The notes below the pieces were generated by a model. That model was not told where the DNA came from, did no database searches, and saw only the letters and a program-made list of their open reading frames with translations. Below, piece by piece: positions 7,740-16,332 of a stretch of DNA of 23,224 bases; position 1 is the first letter of the stretch; each line of letters opens with the position of its first letter. This DNA comes from a virus (taxonomy: Duplodnaviria; Heunggongvirae; Uroviricota; Caudoviricetes): IMG/VR virus record IMGVR_UViG_2537561562_000009; one strand, given 5' to 3'. The translations under genes and the position numbers were made by a program.

Positions 7740-8084
7740 ATGACTCAAAACTATGAACTGATTGTGAAAGGGATCCGCAATTTTGAGAATAAAGTTACGG
7801 TAACTTTAGCGTTACGGGACAAAAAACGCTTTGACGGTGAAATTTTTGACCTGGACATCTCGCTGGACCGTGTTGAAGGTGCCGCGCTGGAGTTTTATGA
7901 GGCAGCAGCCAGAAGGAGCATCAGACAGGTCTTCCTGGATGTTGCTGCCGGGTTATGTGAAGGGGATGAGCAGTCGCCGGAAAAGCGCCCCGTAATTTTA
8001 GAGGCGCAGGATGTGTTGATAACCTACAGAGGAAAACTACCGGGAATAATTACTGGTTCTCTGAAGAGTCCGCCGAAATGGTAA
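7740..8084 (+). CDS. Hypothetical protein between holin and endolysin (possibly YdfR/DUF1327-like)
   Basis: 114 aa; ATG 5 nt after the holin stop with GGGGAGAG upstream. A small gene at this position exists in some E. coli lambdoid prophage lysis cassettes (from memory, not verified). Confidence 0.5.
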   Translation: MTQNYELIVKGIRNFENKVTVTLALRDKKRFDGEIFDLDISLDRVEGAALEFYEAAARRSIRQVFLDVAAGLCEGDEQSPEKRPVILEAQDVLITYRGKLPGIITGSLKSPPKW

Positions 8085-8322
8085 TTTTACCAGCATATTT
8101 TTCATCCAGTAATACAGCAAGCCGCCTGAAAGAGTCTTGTTGTTCCTGAGACCATTTGGGATTGCATGATTCAAACTGGATTGATGCCAGCGTTGATTGC
8201 ATCTGTTCCCTTGGAATTGAGAATGCCAGATATGAGAAGGCGACGGTAAGGGTATTCACGTCTTCCCGAAGCCTGGAAATGCTGTCGAGCAACTCCTGTA
8301 GAGAAATGGTGTTATTGTCCAT
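8050..8322 (-). CDS. Hypothetical protein, minus strand, embedded in lysis cassette (90 aa)
   Basis: Strong Shine-Dalgarno on the minus strand (GAGGA, 6-nt spacer, ATG at 8322); 3' end overlaps the 3' end of the 7740-8084 gene by 35 bp (convergent); possible promoter TTGCCT...TACAAT upstream on the minus strand. Confidence 0.45.
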   Translation of the reverse strand: MDNNTISLQELLDSISRLREDVNTLTVAFSYLAFSIPREQMQSTLASIQFESCNPKWSQEQQDSFRRLAVLLDEKYAGKITISADSSENQ

Positions 8323-8427
8323 AAATAATCCTCATGATTGTATTGACCTGTTAGCAGCCTGAGGCAACAGGCTGGAACTGATAAACATATCCAGGGCTCA
8401 GAAACCGATAAATCCTGATAAATATCC

Positions 8428-8961
8428 ATGAACGCAAAAATCAGATACGGCCTGTCGGCTGCCGTTCTGGCGCTGATTGCCGCTGGTGCGCCTGCGCCTG
8501 ACATTCTCGACCAGTTTCTGGATGAAAAGGAAGGCAATCACACCACGGCATACCGTGATGGTGCAGGTATCTGGACCATCTGCCGTGGTGCCATCATGGT
8601 GGATGGCAAACCTGTCGTTCCGGGCATGAAGTTGTCGAAGGAAAAATGCGACCAGGTTAACGCCATTGAGCGTGATAAAGCGCTGGCGTGGGTGGAGAAA
8701 AACATCAGAGTGCCACTGACCGAACCCCAGAAAGCGGGGATCGCGTCATTCTGTCCGTACAACATTGGTCCCGGTAAGTGTTTCCCGTCGACGTTTTATA
8801 AACGAATTAATGCAGGTGATCGCAGGGGAGCGTGTGAGGCGATTCGCTGGTGGATTAAGGACGGTGGCAGAGACTGCCGTATTCGTTCAAACAACTGCTA
8901 CGGTCAGGTATCCCGTCGTGACCAGGAGAGCGCGCTGGCGTGCTGGGGTATCGACAGATAA
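8428..8961 (+). CDS. R: SAR endolysin (T4-lysozyme-fold muramidase with N-terminal signal-anchor-release domain)
   Basis: 177 aa; weakly hydrophobic Gly/Ala-rich N-terminus YGLSAAVLALIAAGAPAP; catalytic E-x8-D-x5-T signature in EGNHTTAYRDGAGIWTICRG; pairs with the upstream pinholin. Confidence 0.85.
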   Translation: MNAKIRYGLSAAVLALIAAGAPAPDILDQFLDEKEGNHTTAYRDGAGIWTICRGAIMVDGKPVVPGMKLSKEKCDQVNAIERDKALAWVEKNIRVPLTEPQKAGIASFCPYNIGPGKCFPSTFYKRINAGDRRGACEAIRWWIKDGGRDCRIRSNNCYGQVSRRDQESALACWGIDR

Positions 8962-9047
8962 GCAGAATATTTTGCTGAAAAATGCGGTTTGCTTACACGG
9001 ACGGATAACACGAAATCCTGCGAACTGACAAAAACTAAGTGAATAAA

Positions 9048-9090
9048 AGTAAAAACCCCGTTTGTTGGCTGCAAGCGGGGTTTTGTGTTT
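9048..9090. terminator. Intrinsic terminator, potentially bidirectional
   Basis: Stem CCCCGTTTG / CAAGCGGGG (9056-9064 / 9072-9080, one G-U pair), 7-nt loop, T-run TTTTGTGTTT downstream and A-run upstream. Confidence 0.6.
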
Positions 9091-9120
9091 CCTGACTCTG
9101 GAAAAGTCAAAGGAGAAAGT

Positions 9121-9258
9121 GTGTTTGATTTTAGCAAACTGATTCGGGAGATTCGAGTGATGGCTGAAAAATTATCCACCTGGAAGTTCATTCTTATCTG
9201 GCTGGTGTTTGTGATTATGGCCTCCGGTTATTTCATCGGTCAGATACGCTGGTGGTGA
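9121..9258 (+). CDS. Small single-pass membrane protein (45 aa from GTG 9121, or 32 aa from ATG 9160)
   Basis: Not in the supplied track (under 60 aa). AGGAGA at 9111-9116 precedes GTG 9121, and GGGAG at 9146-9150 precedes ATG 9160. Translation MFDFSKLIREIRVMAEKLSTWKFILIWLVFVIMASGYFIGQIRWW has one hydrophobic helix. Stop TGA at 9256-9258 is 1 nt before the Rz start. Confidence 0.45.
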   Translation: MFDFSKLIREIRVMAEKLSTWKFILIWLVFVIMASGYFIGQIRWW

Positions 9259-9259
9259 A

Positions 9260-9727
9260 ATGAACCGCGTACTGTGCGTGGTCATCATTGCCCTGCTGGT
9301 GGCCTGTGGTGCGCTTAGTCTGGGGCTGAATCATTACCGTGATAACGCCATAACCTACAAAGAGCAGCGCGATAAAAAAGTCAGTGAGCTGGAGCAGGCA
9401 AATGCAACCATTACTGATATGCAGCAGCGCCAGCGTGATGTTGCTGCACTTGATGCCAGATACTCGAGGGAATTAGCCGATGCGAGAGCTGAAAATGAAA
9501 CTCTGCGTGCTGATGTTGCCGCTGGTCGTAAGCGCCTGCGGATCAACGCCACCTGCCCCGGTACCGTGCGTGAAGCCCCCACCACCTCCGGCGTGGATAA
9601 TGCAACCGGCCCCCGACTGGCAGACACCGCTGAACGGGATTATTTCACTCTCAGAGAGCGGTTGATGCTGATGCAGAAGCAGCTGGAAGTGGCGCAGGAA
9701 TATATCCGCACTCAGTGCCTGAAATAA
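9260..9727 (+). CDS. Rz: Rz i-spanin
   Basis: 155 aa; N-terminal transmembrane segment VLCVVIIALLVACGALSL, coiled-coil-like periplasmic domain; follows the endolysin. Confidence 0.85.
   Translation: MNRVLCVVIIALLVACGALSLGLNHYRDNAITYKEQRDKKVSELEQANATITDMQQRQRDVAALDARYSRELADARAENETLRADVAAGRKRLRINATCPGTVREAPTTSGVDNATGPRLADTAERDYFTLRERLMLMQKQLEVAQEYIRTQCLK
9495..9665 (+). CDS. Rz1: Rz1 o-spanin lipoprotein, embedded in Rz in the +1 frame
   Basis: 56 aa from ATG 9495; lipobox VSAC in MKLCVLMLPLVVSACGS, proline-rich mature part; lies entirely within Rz. Confidence 0.8.
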   Translation: MKLCVLMLPLVVSACGSTPPAPVPCVKPPPPPAWIMQPAPDWQTPLNGIISLSESG

Positions 9728-9980
9728 GTTTTGCTGATGCGCGGTATTGTCGCCGTATCCCCGCATTAACAGAGACCGCAGCCCGACCGGGAGACTCCTC
9801 TGCGCGAGTGTGCGGGGATAATCAAAAACGATACACACCGGGGTTTACCGCGTTAACGGAGCGCGGCGTTGTCCCCTCATAGTCGCCTGTCCGGTGCGAT
9901 GGTGGAAGAAATCGGACTACATTGAAAATGATAACCATTATCATTTTTGCGGGTCCTTTCCGGCGATCCGGGCCGTTACG

Positions 9981-9992
9981 GGGCGGCGACCT
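9981..9992 (+). other. cosN, 12-nt cohesive-end sequence GGGCGGCGACCT (lambda-type)
   Basis: Sequence GTTACG-GGGCGGCGACCTCGCGGTTTTTCACTATTTATGAAAATTTTTC closely matches the remembered lambda left-end sequence; located about 180 bp upstream of Nu1. Confidence 0.8.
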
Positions 9993-10168
9993 CGCGGTTT
10001 TTCACTATTTATGAAAATTTTTCAGGGAAAATCGTGTCGGTACTTCTCGAATATAACTTTTTGTTTTTTTTAATATTGCATCCGTAAAGGTCCGACATGA
10101 AAGTGTCCGAAAATGCCTTTTTCTGGCGTTTTCATGTCGGGCCTTGTATTTGATAATGGGTTGTTTTC
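9993..10168 (+). promoter_or_regulatory. cosB-like terminase small-subunit binding region
   Basis: Lies between cosN and the Nu1 start; contains an 11-bp inverted repeat CCGACATGAAA / TTTCATGTCGG (10092-10102 / 10130-10140) and GTCCGA direct repeats. Confidence 0.5.
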
Positions 10169-10717
10169 ATGAAGGTTAATAAAAAGAGGCTTGCCGAAAT
10201 TTTCAACGTGGACCCGCGGACGATTGAACGCTGGCAGTCTCAGGGACTCCCTTGCGCCTCCAAAGGTAGTAAGGGCATTGAATCTGTATTTGATACTGCC
10301 ATGGTAATTCAGTGGTATGCGCAGAGGGAAACTGATATCGAAAACGAAAAGCTCCGCAAAGAACTGGACGATTTGCGTGCGGCAGCGGAGTCAGATTTAC
10401 AACCCGGCACCATTGACTATGAACGCTACCGGCTCACAAAAGCGCAGGCAGATGCGCAGGAACTGAAAAATGCCCGTGAAGACGGAGTAGTGCTGGAAAC
10501 TGAACTGTTTACCTTCATTCTGCAACGTGTGGCACAGGAGATTTCGGGGATACTTGTGCGTGTGCCGTTGACATTACAGCGTAAATATCCGGACATTTCA
10601 CCATCACACCTTGATGTGGTGAAAACTGAAATCGCGAAAGCCTCCAATGTTTCAGCTAAGGCCGGTGAAAACGTGGGCGGGTGGATCGATGATTTCAGAC
10701 GCGCAGAAGGCAGCTAA
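10169..10717 (+). CDS. nu1: Terminase small subunit (Nu1)
   Basis: 182 aa; [23 protein letters not shown]... tracks lambda Nu1 closely as remembered, including the N-terminal wHTH. Confidence 0.9.
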   Translation: MKVNKKRLAEIFNVDPRTIERWQSQGLPCASKGSKGIESVFDTAMVIQWYAQRETDIENEKLRKELDDLRAAAESDLQPGTIDYERYRLTKAQADAQELKNAREDGVVLETELFTFILQRVAQEISGILVRVPLTLQRKYPDISPSHLDVVKTEIAKASNVSAKAGENVGGWIDDFRRAEGS

Positions 10718-12617
10718 TGCAGCCGGTGCGATAGCAACAGGGCTTTTATCTCTCATTATTCCTGTTCCACTGACGACAGTTCAGTGGGCCAATAAACATT
10801 ATTACCTTCCTAAAGAGTCGTCTTATACCCCGGGGCGGTGGGAAACACTGCCGTTTCAGGTTGGCATCATGAACTGTATGGGCAACGATTTGATTCGCAC
10901 TGTTAACCTGATTAAATCTGCCCGTGTTGGTTATACAAAGATGTTGCTGGGAGTGGAGGCTTATTTTATTGAGCATAAATCACGCAACAGCCTTCTTTTT
11001 CAGCCCACGGACTCAGCTGCTGAAGATTTTATGAAATCTCATGTTGAGCCAACGATAAGGGAGGTTCCTGCGTTGCTGGAGCTGGCTCCATGGTTCGGAA
11101 GAAAACACCGCGATAATACGCTCACCCTGAAGCGTTTTTCCTCCGGTGTGGGTTTCTGGTGTCTGGGGGGAGCGGCAGCAAAAAACTACCGTGAAAAATC
11201 CGTGGATGTGGTCTGTTATGACGAGCTTTCCTCGTTCGAACCGGATGTTGAAAAAGAGGGTTCGCCAACCCTGCTGGGGGATAAACGTATTGAGGGCTCT
11301 GTATGGCCCAAATCCATTCGCGGCTCGACGCCTAAAATCAAAGGCTCCTGCCAGATCGAAAAAGCCGCTAACGAGTCGGCACACTTCATGCGTTTTTATG
11401 TGCCCTGTCCGCACTGTGGGGAGGAGCAGTATCTGAAATTTGGCGATGAGTCCACGCCTTTTGGGCTTAAATGGGAGAAGGACAGCCCCGAAAGCGTTTT
11501 CTACCTCTGTGAGCATCATGGCTGCGTGATCCATCAGTCTGAACTGGACCAGAGTAACGGGCGGTGGATCTGTGAAAACACGGGCATGTGGACCCGTGAC
11601 GGTCTGACGTTTTTCAGCGCTGCGGGTAATGAAATTCCGCCGCCGCGCTCCATCACTTTCCATATCTGGACGGCGTACAGTCCGTTCACCACCTGGGTAC
11701 AGATTGTCTATGACTGGCTGGATGCACTGAAAGATCCCAACGGCCTGAAAACCTTTGTGAACACCACGCTGGGCGAGACCTGGGAAGAGGCTGTGGGCGA
11801 AAAACTCGATCACCAGGGACTGATGGATAAGGTTGTGCGTTACACGGCGGCGGTGCCTGCCCGGGTGGTTTATCTGACGGCGGGCATTGACTCGCAGCGA
11901 AACCGTTTTGAGATGTATGTCTGGGGATGGGCTCCGGGAGAGGAAGCCTTTCTGGTGGATAAAATCATCATTATGGGGCGTCCCGATGAGGAAGAGACGC
12001 TGTTACGTGTGGATGCGGCGATCAACAAAAAATACCGCCATGCAGACGGAACCGAAATGACTATTTCCCGTGTCTGCTGGGACATCGGGGGGATCGATGG
12101 CGAAATCGTTTATCAGAGGTCAAAAAAACACGGTGTTTTCCGGGTGCTGCCGGTAAAAGGCGCATCTGTCTATGGCAAGCCGGTGATCACCATGCCAAAA
12201 ACCCGCAATCAGCGGGGCGTGTATCTGTGTGAAGTGGGGACGGACACCGCAAAAGAAATTCTCTATGCCCGTATGAAAGCCGATCCCACGCCTGCGGATG
12301 AAGCCACGTCGTATGCCATCCGTTTTCCTGATGATCCGGAGATTTTTTCGCAGACAGAGGCGCAGCAACTGGTCGCGGAAGAGCTTGTGGAGAAGTGGGA
12401 AAAAGGAAAGATGCGTCTGCTGTGGGATAACAAAAAGCGGCGTAACGAAGCGCTGGACTGCCTGGTGTATGCCTACGCGGCATTACGTGTGTCCGTGCAA
12501 CGCTGGCAGCTTGATCTGGCTGTACTGGCAAAATCCCGGGAAGAAGAGACGACCCGGCCAACCCTTAAAGAACTGGCAGCGAAGCTGTCCGGAGGAGTGA
12601 ATGGTTACAGTCGCTGA
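10689..12617 (+). CDS. A: Terminase large subunit (gpA)
   Basis: About 642 aa from ATG 10689; strong resemblance to lambda gpA throughout (e.g. [35 protein letters not shown]); start overlaps the Nu1 3' end as in lambda. Confidence 0.9.
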   Translation: MISDAQKAANAAGAIATGLLSLIIPVPLTTVQWANKHYYLPKESSYTPGRWETLPFQVGIMNCMGNDLIRTVNLIKSARVGYTKMLLGVEAYFIEHKSRNSLLFQPTDSAAEDFMKSHVEPTIREVPALLELAPWFGRKHRDNTLTLKRFSSGVGFWCLGGAAAKNYREKSVDVVCYDELSSFEPDVEKEGSPTLLGDKRIEGSVWPKSIRGSTPKIKGSCQIEKAANESAHFMRFYVPCPHCGEEQYLKFGDESTPFGLKWEKDSPESVFYLCEHHGCVIHQSELDQSNGRWICENTGMWTRDGLTFFSAAGNEIPPPRSITFHIWTAYSPFTTWVQIVYDWLDALKDPNGLKTFVNTTLGETWEEAVGEKLDHQGLMDKVVRYTAAVPARVVYLTAGIDSQRNRFEMYVWGWAPGEEAFLVDKIIIMGRPDEEETLLRVDAAINKKYRHADGTEMTISRVCWDIGGIDGEIVYQRSKKHGVFRVLPVKGASVYGKPVITMPKTRNQRGVYLCEVGTDTAKEILYARMKADPTPADEATSYAIRFPDDPEIFSQTEAQQLVAEELVEKWEKGKMRLLWDNKKRRNEALDCLVYAYAALRVSVQRWQLDLAVLAKSREEETTRPTLKELAAKLSGGVNGYSR

Positions 12618-12807
12618 ACTGCAGGCGCTGCGTCAGGCGCGCCTTGATTTATTAACCGGTAAACGGGTGGTGTCTGTCCAGAAAGATGGTCGCAGAATTG
12701 AATATACGGCGGCTTCTCTGGATGAGCTTAACCGGGCGATCAATGATGCGGAGTCGGTACTGGGGACAACCCGGCGTCGCCGTCGTCCGCTGGGAGTGAG
12801 GTTATGA
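12601..12807 (+). CDS. W: Head-tail joining protein gpW
   Basis: 68 aa; LTGKRVVSVQKDGRRIEY matches lambda gpW as remembered. Confidence 0.85.
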   Translation: MVTVAELQALRQARLDLLTGKRVVSVQKDGRRIEYTAASLDELNRAINDAESVLGTTRRRRRPLGVRL

Positions 12808-14396
12808 AACGAACGCCTGTCCTGATTGATGTGAACGGCGTTCCGCTTCGTGAGAGTCTCAGCTACAACGGGGGCGGTGCAGGATTTGGCGGGCAAATGG
12901 CTGAGTGGTTGCCACCGGCGCAGAGTGCCGATGCGGCCCTGCTGCCCGCGTTGCGTCTGGGGAATGCCCGGGCAGATGATCTGGTGCGCAATAACGGAAT
13001 AGCGGCTAATGCGGTGGCTCTGCATAAGGATCACATTGTCGGGCATATGTTTCTGATCAGCTACCGTCCGAACTGGCGCTGGCTGGGGATGCGGGAGACC
13101 GCAGCAAAAAGCTTTGTCGATGAGGTGGAGGCGGCCTGGTCGGAATACGCCGAAGGGATGTTTGGCGAGATCGACGTGGAAGGAAAACGCACGTTCACGG
13201 AATTTATCCGTGAAGGTGTGGGCGTTCATGCGTTTAACGGCGAAATCTTTGTGCAGCCGGTCTGGGATACGGAAACCACGCAGTTATTCCGTACGCGTTT
13301 TAAAGCCGTGAGTCCGAAACGGGTGGACACGCCTGGACACGGTATGGGGAACCGTTTTCTGCGGGCCGGTGTGGAGGTCGATCGATATGGCCGTGCCGTC
13401 GCGTACCATATTTGTGAGGATGATTTTCCGTTCTCTGGTAGTGGACGATGGGAACGGATCCCGCGTGAACTTCCCACCGGGCGTCCGGCTATGCTGCATA
13501 TTTTCGAGCCGGTGGAGGACGGGCAGACCCGTGGGGCTAATCAGTTTTACAGCGTCATGGAACGGCTGAAGATGCTCGATTCCCTGCAGGCAACACAGCT
13601 TCAGTCGGCCATAGTGAAGGCGATGTATGCAGCGACGATTGAAAGTGAACTTGATACCGAAAAGGCCTTTGAATATATCGCCGGCGCGCCACAGGAGCAG
13701 AAGGATAATCCGCTTATTAATATTCTGGAGAAGTTCTCCAGCTGGTATGACACGAATCACGTGACGCTGGGCGGTGTCAAAATTCCGCACCTTTTCCCTG
13801 GTGATGATCTGAAACTGCAGACAGCGCAGGATTCAGACAATGGATTTTCGGCGCTTGAACAGGCGCTGCTGCGGTATATCGCCGCCGGTCTTGGCGTTTC
13901 CTACGAACAGTTGTCCCGTGATTACTCGAAGGTCAGTTACTCAAGTGCCCGCGCCTCCGCCAATGAGTCGTGGCGCTATTTTATGGGGCGGCGAAAATTT
14001 ATTGCGGCCCGACTGGCCACGCAGATGTTTTCCTGCTGGCTGGAAGAGGCACTTCTTCGGGGGATTATTCGTCCGCCACGGGCACGTTTTGATTTTTATC
14101 AGGCGCGATCAGCCTGGTCACGGGCAGAGTGGATTGGTGCCGGAAGAATGGCCATTGACGGGCTCAAGGAAGTCCAGGAATCAGTGATGCGCATTGAGGC
14201 CGGACTGAGCACGTATGAGAAAGAGCTGGCGCTGATGGGCGAGGATTATCAGGACATTTTCCGCCAGCAGGTCAGGGAATCTGCAGAGCGGGAAAAAGCC
14301 GGACTCTCACGCCCGGTGTGGATAGCGCAGGCGTATCAGCAGCAGATAGCGGAGAGTCGCAGGCCGGAAGAGGAGACAACACCACGTGAGACGTAA
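12804..14396 (+). CDS. B: Portal protein gpB
   Basis: 530 aa; lambda-B-like size and position; start overlaps the W stop (ATGA). Confidence 0.9.
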   Translation: MKRTPVLIDVNGVPLRESLSYNGGGAGFGGQMAEWLPPAQSADAALLPALRLGNARADDLVRNNGIAANAVALHKDHIVGHMFLISYRPNWRWLGMRETAAKSFVDEVEAAWSEYAEGMFGEIDVEGKRTFTEFIREGVGVHAFNGEIFVQPVWDTETTQLFRTRFKAVSPKRVDTPGHGMGNRFLRAGVEVDRYGRAVAYHICEDDFPFSGSGRWERIPRELPTGRPAMLHIFEPVEDGQTRGANQFYSVMERLKMLDSLQATQLQSAIVKAMYAATIESELDTEKAFEYIAGAPQEQKDNPLINILEKFSSWYDTNHVTLGGVKIPHLFPGDDLKLQTAQDSDNGFSALEQALLRYIAAGLGVSYEQLSRDYSKVSYSSARASANESWRYFMGRRKFIAARLATQMFSCWLEEALLRGIIRPPRARFDFYQARSAWSRAEWIGAGRMAIDGLKEVQESVMRIEAGLSTYEKELALMGEDYQDIFRQQVRESAEREKAGLSRPVWIAQAYQQQIAESRRPEEETTPRET

Positions 14397-15891
14397 TCTT
14401 TCACACATTATTGCCGCAGCATTCAATGAACCGCTGCTTCTGGAGCCCGCCTATGCGCGGGTTTTCTTTTGCGCGCTCGGGCGCGAGATGGGGGCAGCAA
14501 GTCTTTCGGTACCACAACAACAGGTACAGCTTGATGCTCCCGGAATGCTGGCTGAAACGGACGAGTACATGGCCGGAGGTAAACGACCGGCCCGTGTTTA
14601 CCGGGTGGTGAACGGTATTGCTGTACTGCCGGTGACCGGCACGCTGGTGCACCGGCTGGGCGGTATGCGGCCATTTTCCGGAATGACAGGCTATGACGGC
14701 ATTGTCGCCTGTCTTCAGCAGGCAATGGCAGATAGCCAGGTGCGGGGCGTACTGCTGGACATTGACAGTCCGGGCGGGCAGGCCGCCGGCGCGTTTGACT
14801 GCGCTGACATGATTTACCGCCTCCGTCAGCAGAAGCCGGTCTGGGCACTGTGCAATGACACGGCCTGTTCTGCAGCCATGCTGCTGGCGTCGGCCTGCTC
14901 CCGACGGCTGGTTACCCAGACATCCCGTATCGGCTCCATTGGCGTGATGATGAGCCATGTCAGCTATGCCGGTCATCTGGCGCAGGCCGGGGTGGATATC
15001 ACGCTGATTTATGCCGGGGCGCACAAGGTGGATGGCAATCAGTTTGAAGCCTTACCGGCAGAGGTGCGTCAGGACATGCAGCAGCGGGTTGATGCGGCGC
15101 ACCGGATGTTTGCCGAAAAAGTGGCGATGTATACGGGGCTGTCTGTGGAAGCTGTCACGGGGACAGAGGCTGCCGTTTTTGAAGGTCAGTCCGCTATTAA
15201 GGCCGGACTGGCGGATGAATTAATCAATGCGTCGGATGCCATCAGCGTGATGGCTGCGGCGCTGAACACTCATGATACAGGAGGCACTATGCCGCAATTA
15301 ACTGCAACGGAAGCTGCCGCGCAGGAGAACCAGCGAGTGATGGGGATCCTGACGTGTCAGGAAGCGAAAGGACGTGAACAGCTTGCCACGATGCTGGCAG
15401 GACAACAGGGCATGAGCATTGAACAGGCCCGGGCGATTCTGGCCGCGGCGGCACCACAGCAGCCGGTGGCATCCGCGCAGAGTGAAGCCGATCGCATTAT
15501 GGCGTGTGAAGAAGCGAAAGGTCGTGAACAACTGGCGGCAACGCTGGCGGCGATGCCGGAGATGACGGTGGAAAAAGCCCGCCCGATCTTGGCTGCCTCA
15601 CCGCAGGCGAATGCCGGGCCCTCACTTCGTGATCAGATCATGGCCCTGGATGAGGCAAAAGGGGCAGAAGCGCAGGCTGAAAAACTGGCGGCCTGCCCGG
15701 GAATGACCGTGGAGAACGCCCGGGCTGTGCTGGCTGCGGGATCAGGTAAGGCCGAACCGGTCTCTGCATCCACAACCGCCCTGTTTGAACATTTCATGGC
15801 GAATCATTCACCGGCAGCGGTGCGGGGTGGCGTGTCACAGACGTCAGCAGACGGTGATGCGGACGTGAAAATGCTCATGGCCATGCCATGA
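14386..15891 (+). CDS. C: Prohead protease / scaffold gpC (S49 ClpP-like) with extended C-terminal scaffold domain
   Basis: 501 aa; protease core in the N-terminal two-thirds; C-terminal region carries three tandem repeats of about 50 aa. Confidence 0.85.
   Translation: MRRNLSHIIAAAFNEPLLLEPAYARVFFCALGREMGAASLSVPQQQVQLDAPGMLAETDEYMAGGKRPARVYRVVNGIAVLPVTGTLVHRLGGMRPFSGMTGYDGIVACLQQAMADSQVRGVLLDIDSPGGQAAGAFDCADMIYRLRQQKPVWALCNDTACSAAMLLASACSRRLVTQTSRIGSIGVMMSHVSYAGHLAQAGVDITLIYAGAHKVDGNQFEALPAEVRQDMQQRVDAAHRMFAEKVAMYTGLSVEAVTGTEAAVFEGQSAIKAGLADELINASDAISVMAAALNTHDTGGTMPQLTATEAAAQENQRVMGILTCQEAKGREQLATMLAGQQGMSIEQARAILAAAAPQQPVASAQSEADRIMACEEAKGREQLAATLAAMPEMTVEKARPILAASPQANAGPSLRDQIMALDEAKGAEAQAEKLAACPGMTVENARAVLAAGSGKAEPVSASTTALFEHFMANHSPAAVRGGVSQTSADGDADVKMLMAMP
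15289..15891 (+). CDS. Nu3-like scaffolding protein, in-frame internal start within C
   Basis: AGGAGG Shine-Dalgarno at 15280-15285 precedes in-frame ATG 15289 (MPQLTATEAAAQ...), mirroring the lambda C/Nu3 nested arrangement. Confidence 0.55.
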   Translation: MPQLTATEAAAQENQRVMGILTCQEAKGREQLATMLAGQQGMSIEQARAILAAAAPQQPVASAQSEADRIMACEEAKGREQLAATLAAMPEMTVEKARPILAASPQANAGPSLRDQIMALDEAKGAEAQAEKLAACPGMTVENARAVLAAGSGKAEPVSASTTALFEHFMANHSPAAVRGGVSQTSADGDADVKMLMAMP

Positions 15892-15927
15892 AGTCAGTGC
15901 TGACCATCAATATGAGGTTTTAACAAA

Positions 15928-16275
15928 ATGGTGACGAAAACCATCACTGAACAGCGTGCGGAAGTACGTATTTTTGCTGGTAATGATCCGGCTCATACCG
16001 CCACAGGCAGCAGCGGGATTTCTTCTGCAACACCGGCTCTGACGCCCCTGATGCTGGATGAAGCCACCGGGAAACTGGTGGTCTGGGATGGACAGAAAGC
16101 CGGTAGTGCGGTTGGCATACTGGTACTGCCGCTTGAAGGCACAGAGACGGTGCTGACCTATTACAAGTCGGGGACCTTTGCGACGGAGGCAATCCGCTGG
16201 CCTGACAGTGTGGATGAACACAAAAAGGCAAATGCCTTTGCCGGCACAGCCCTGAGTCACGCGGCTCTGCCGTAA
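15928..16275 (+). CDS. D: Head decoration protein gpD
   Basis: 115 aa; DPAHTAT...TPLMLD...VVWDG...AVGIL...YKSGTF...FAGTA matches lambda gpD as remembered. Confidence 0.9.
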   Translation: MVTKTITEQRAEVRIFAGNDPAHTATGSSGISSATPALTPLMLDEATGKLVVWDGQKAGSAVGILVLPLEGTETVLTYYKSGTFATEAIRWPDSVDEHKKANAFAGTALSHAALP

Positions 16276-16332
16276 CACGTTATCAGGCCACCATGGTGGC
16301 CTGACTGATTTCTGAATGAAAGGAACTGATTT

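Noticed and set aside
11013-11813. 266-aa minus-strand ORF
   Set aside because: Entirely inside the terminase large subunit gene on the opposite strand; no independent support.
12633-13229. 198-aa minus-strand ORF
   Set aside because: Antisense to W and portal genes, which have strong lambda-like translations on the + strand.
14401-15024. 207-aa and 141-aa minus-strand ORFs
   Set aside because: Antisense to the gpC protease gene; composition typical of a GC-rich antisense frame.
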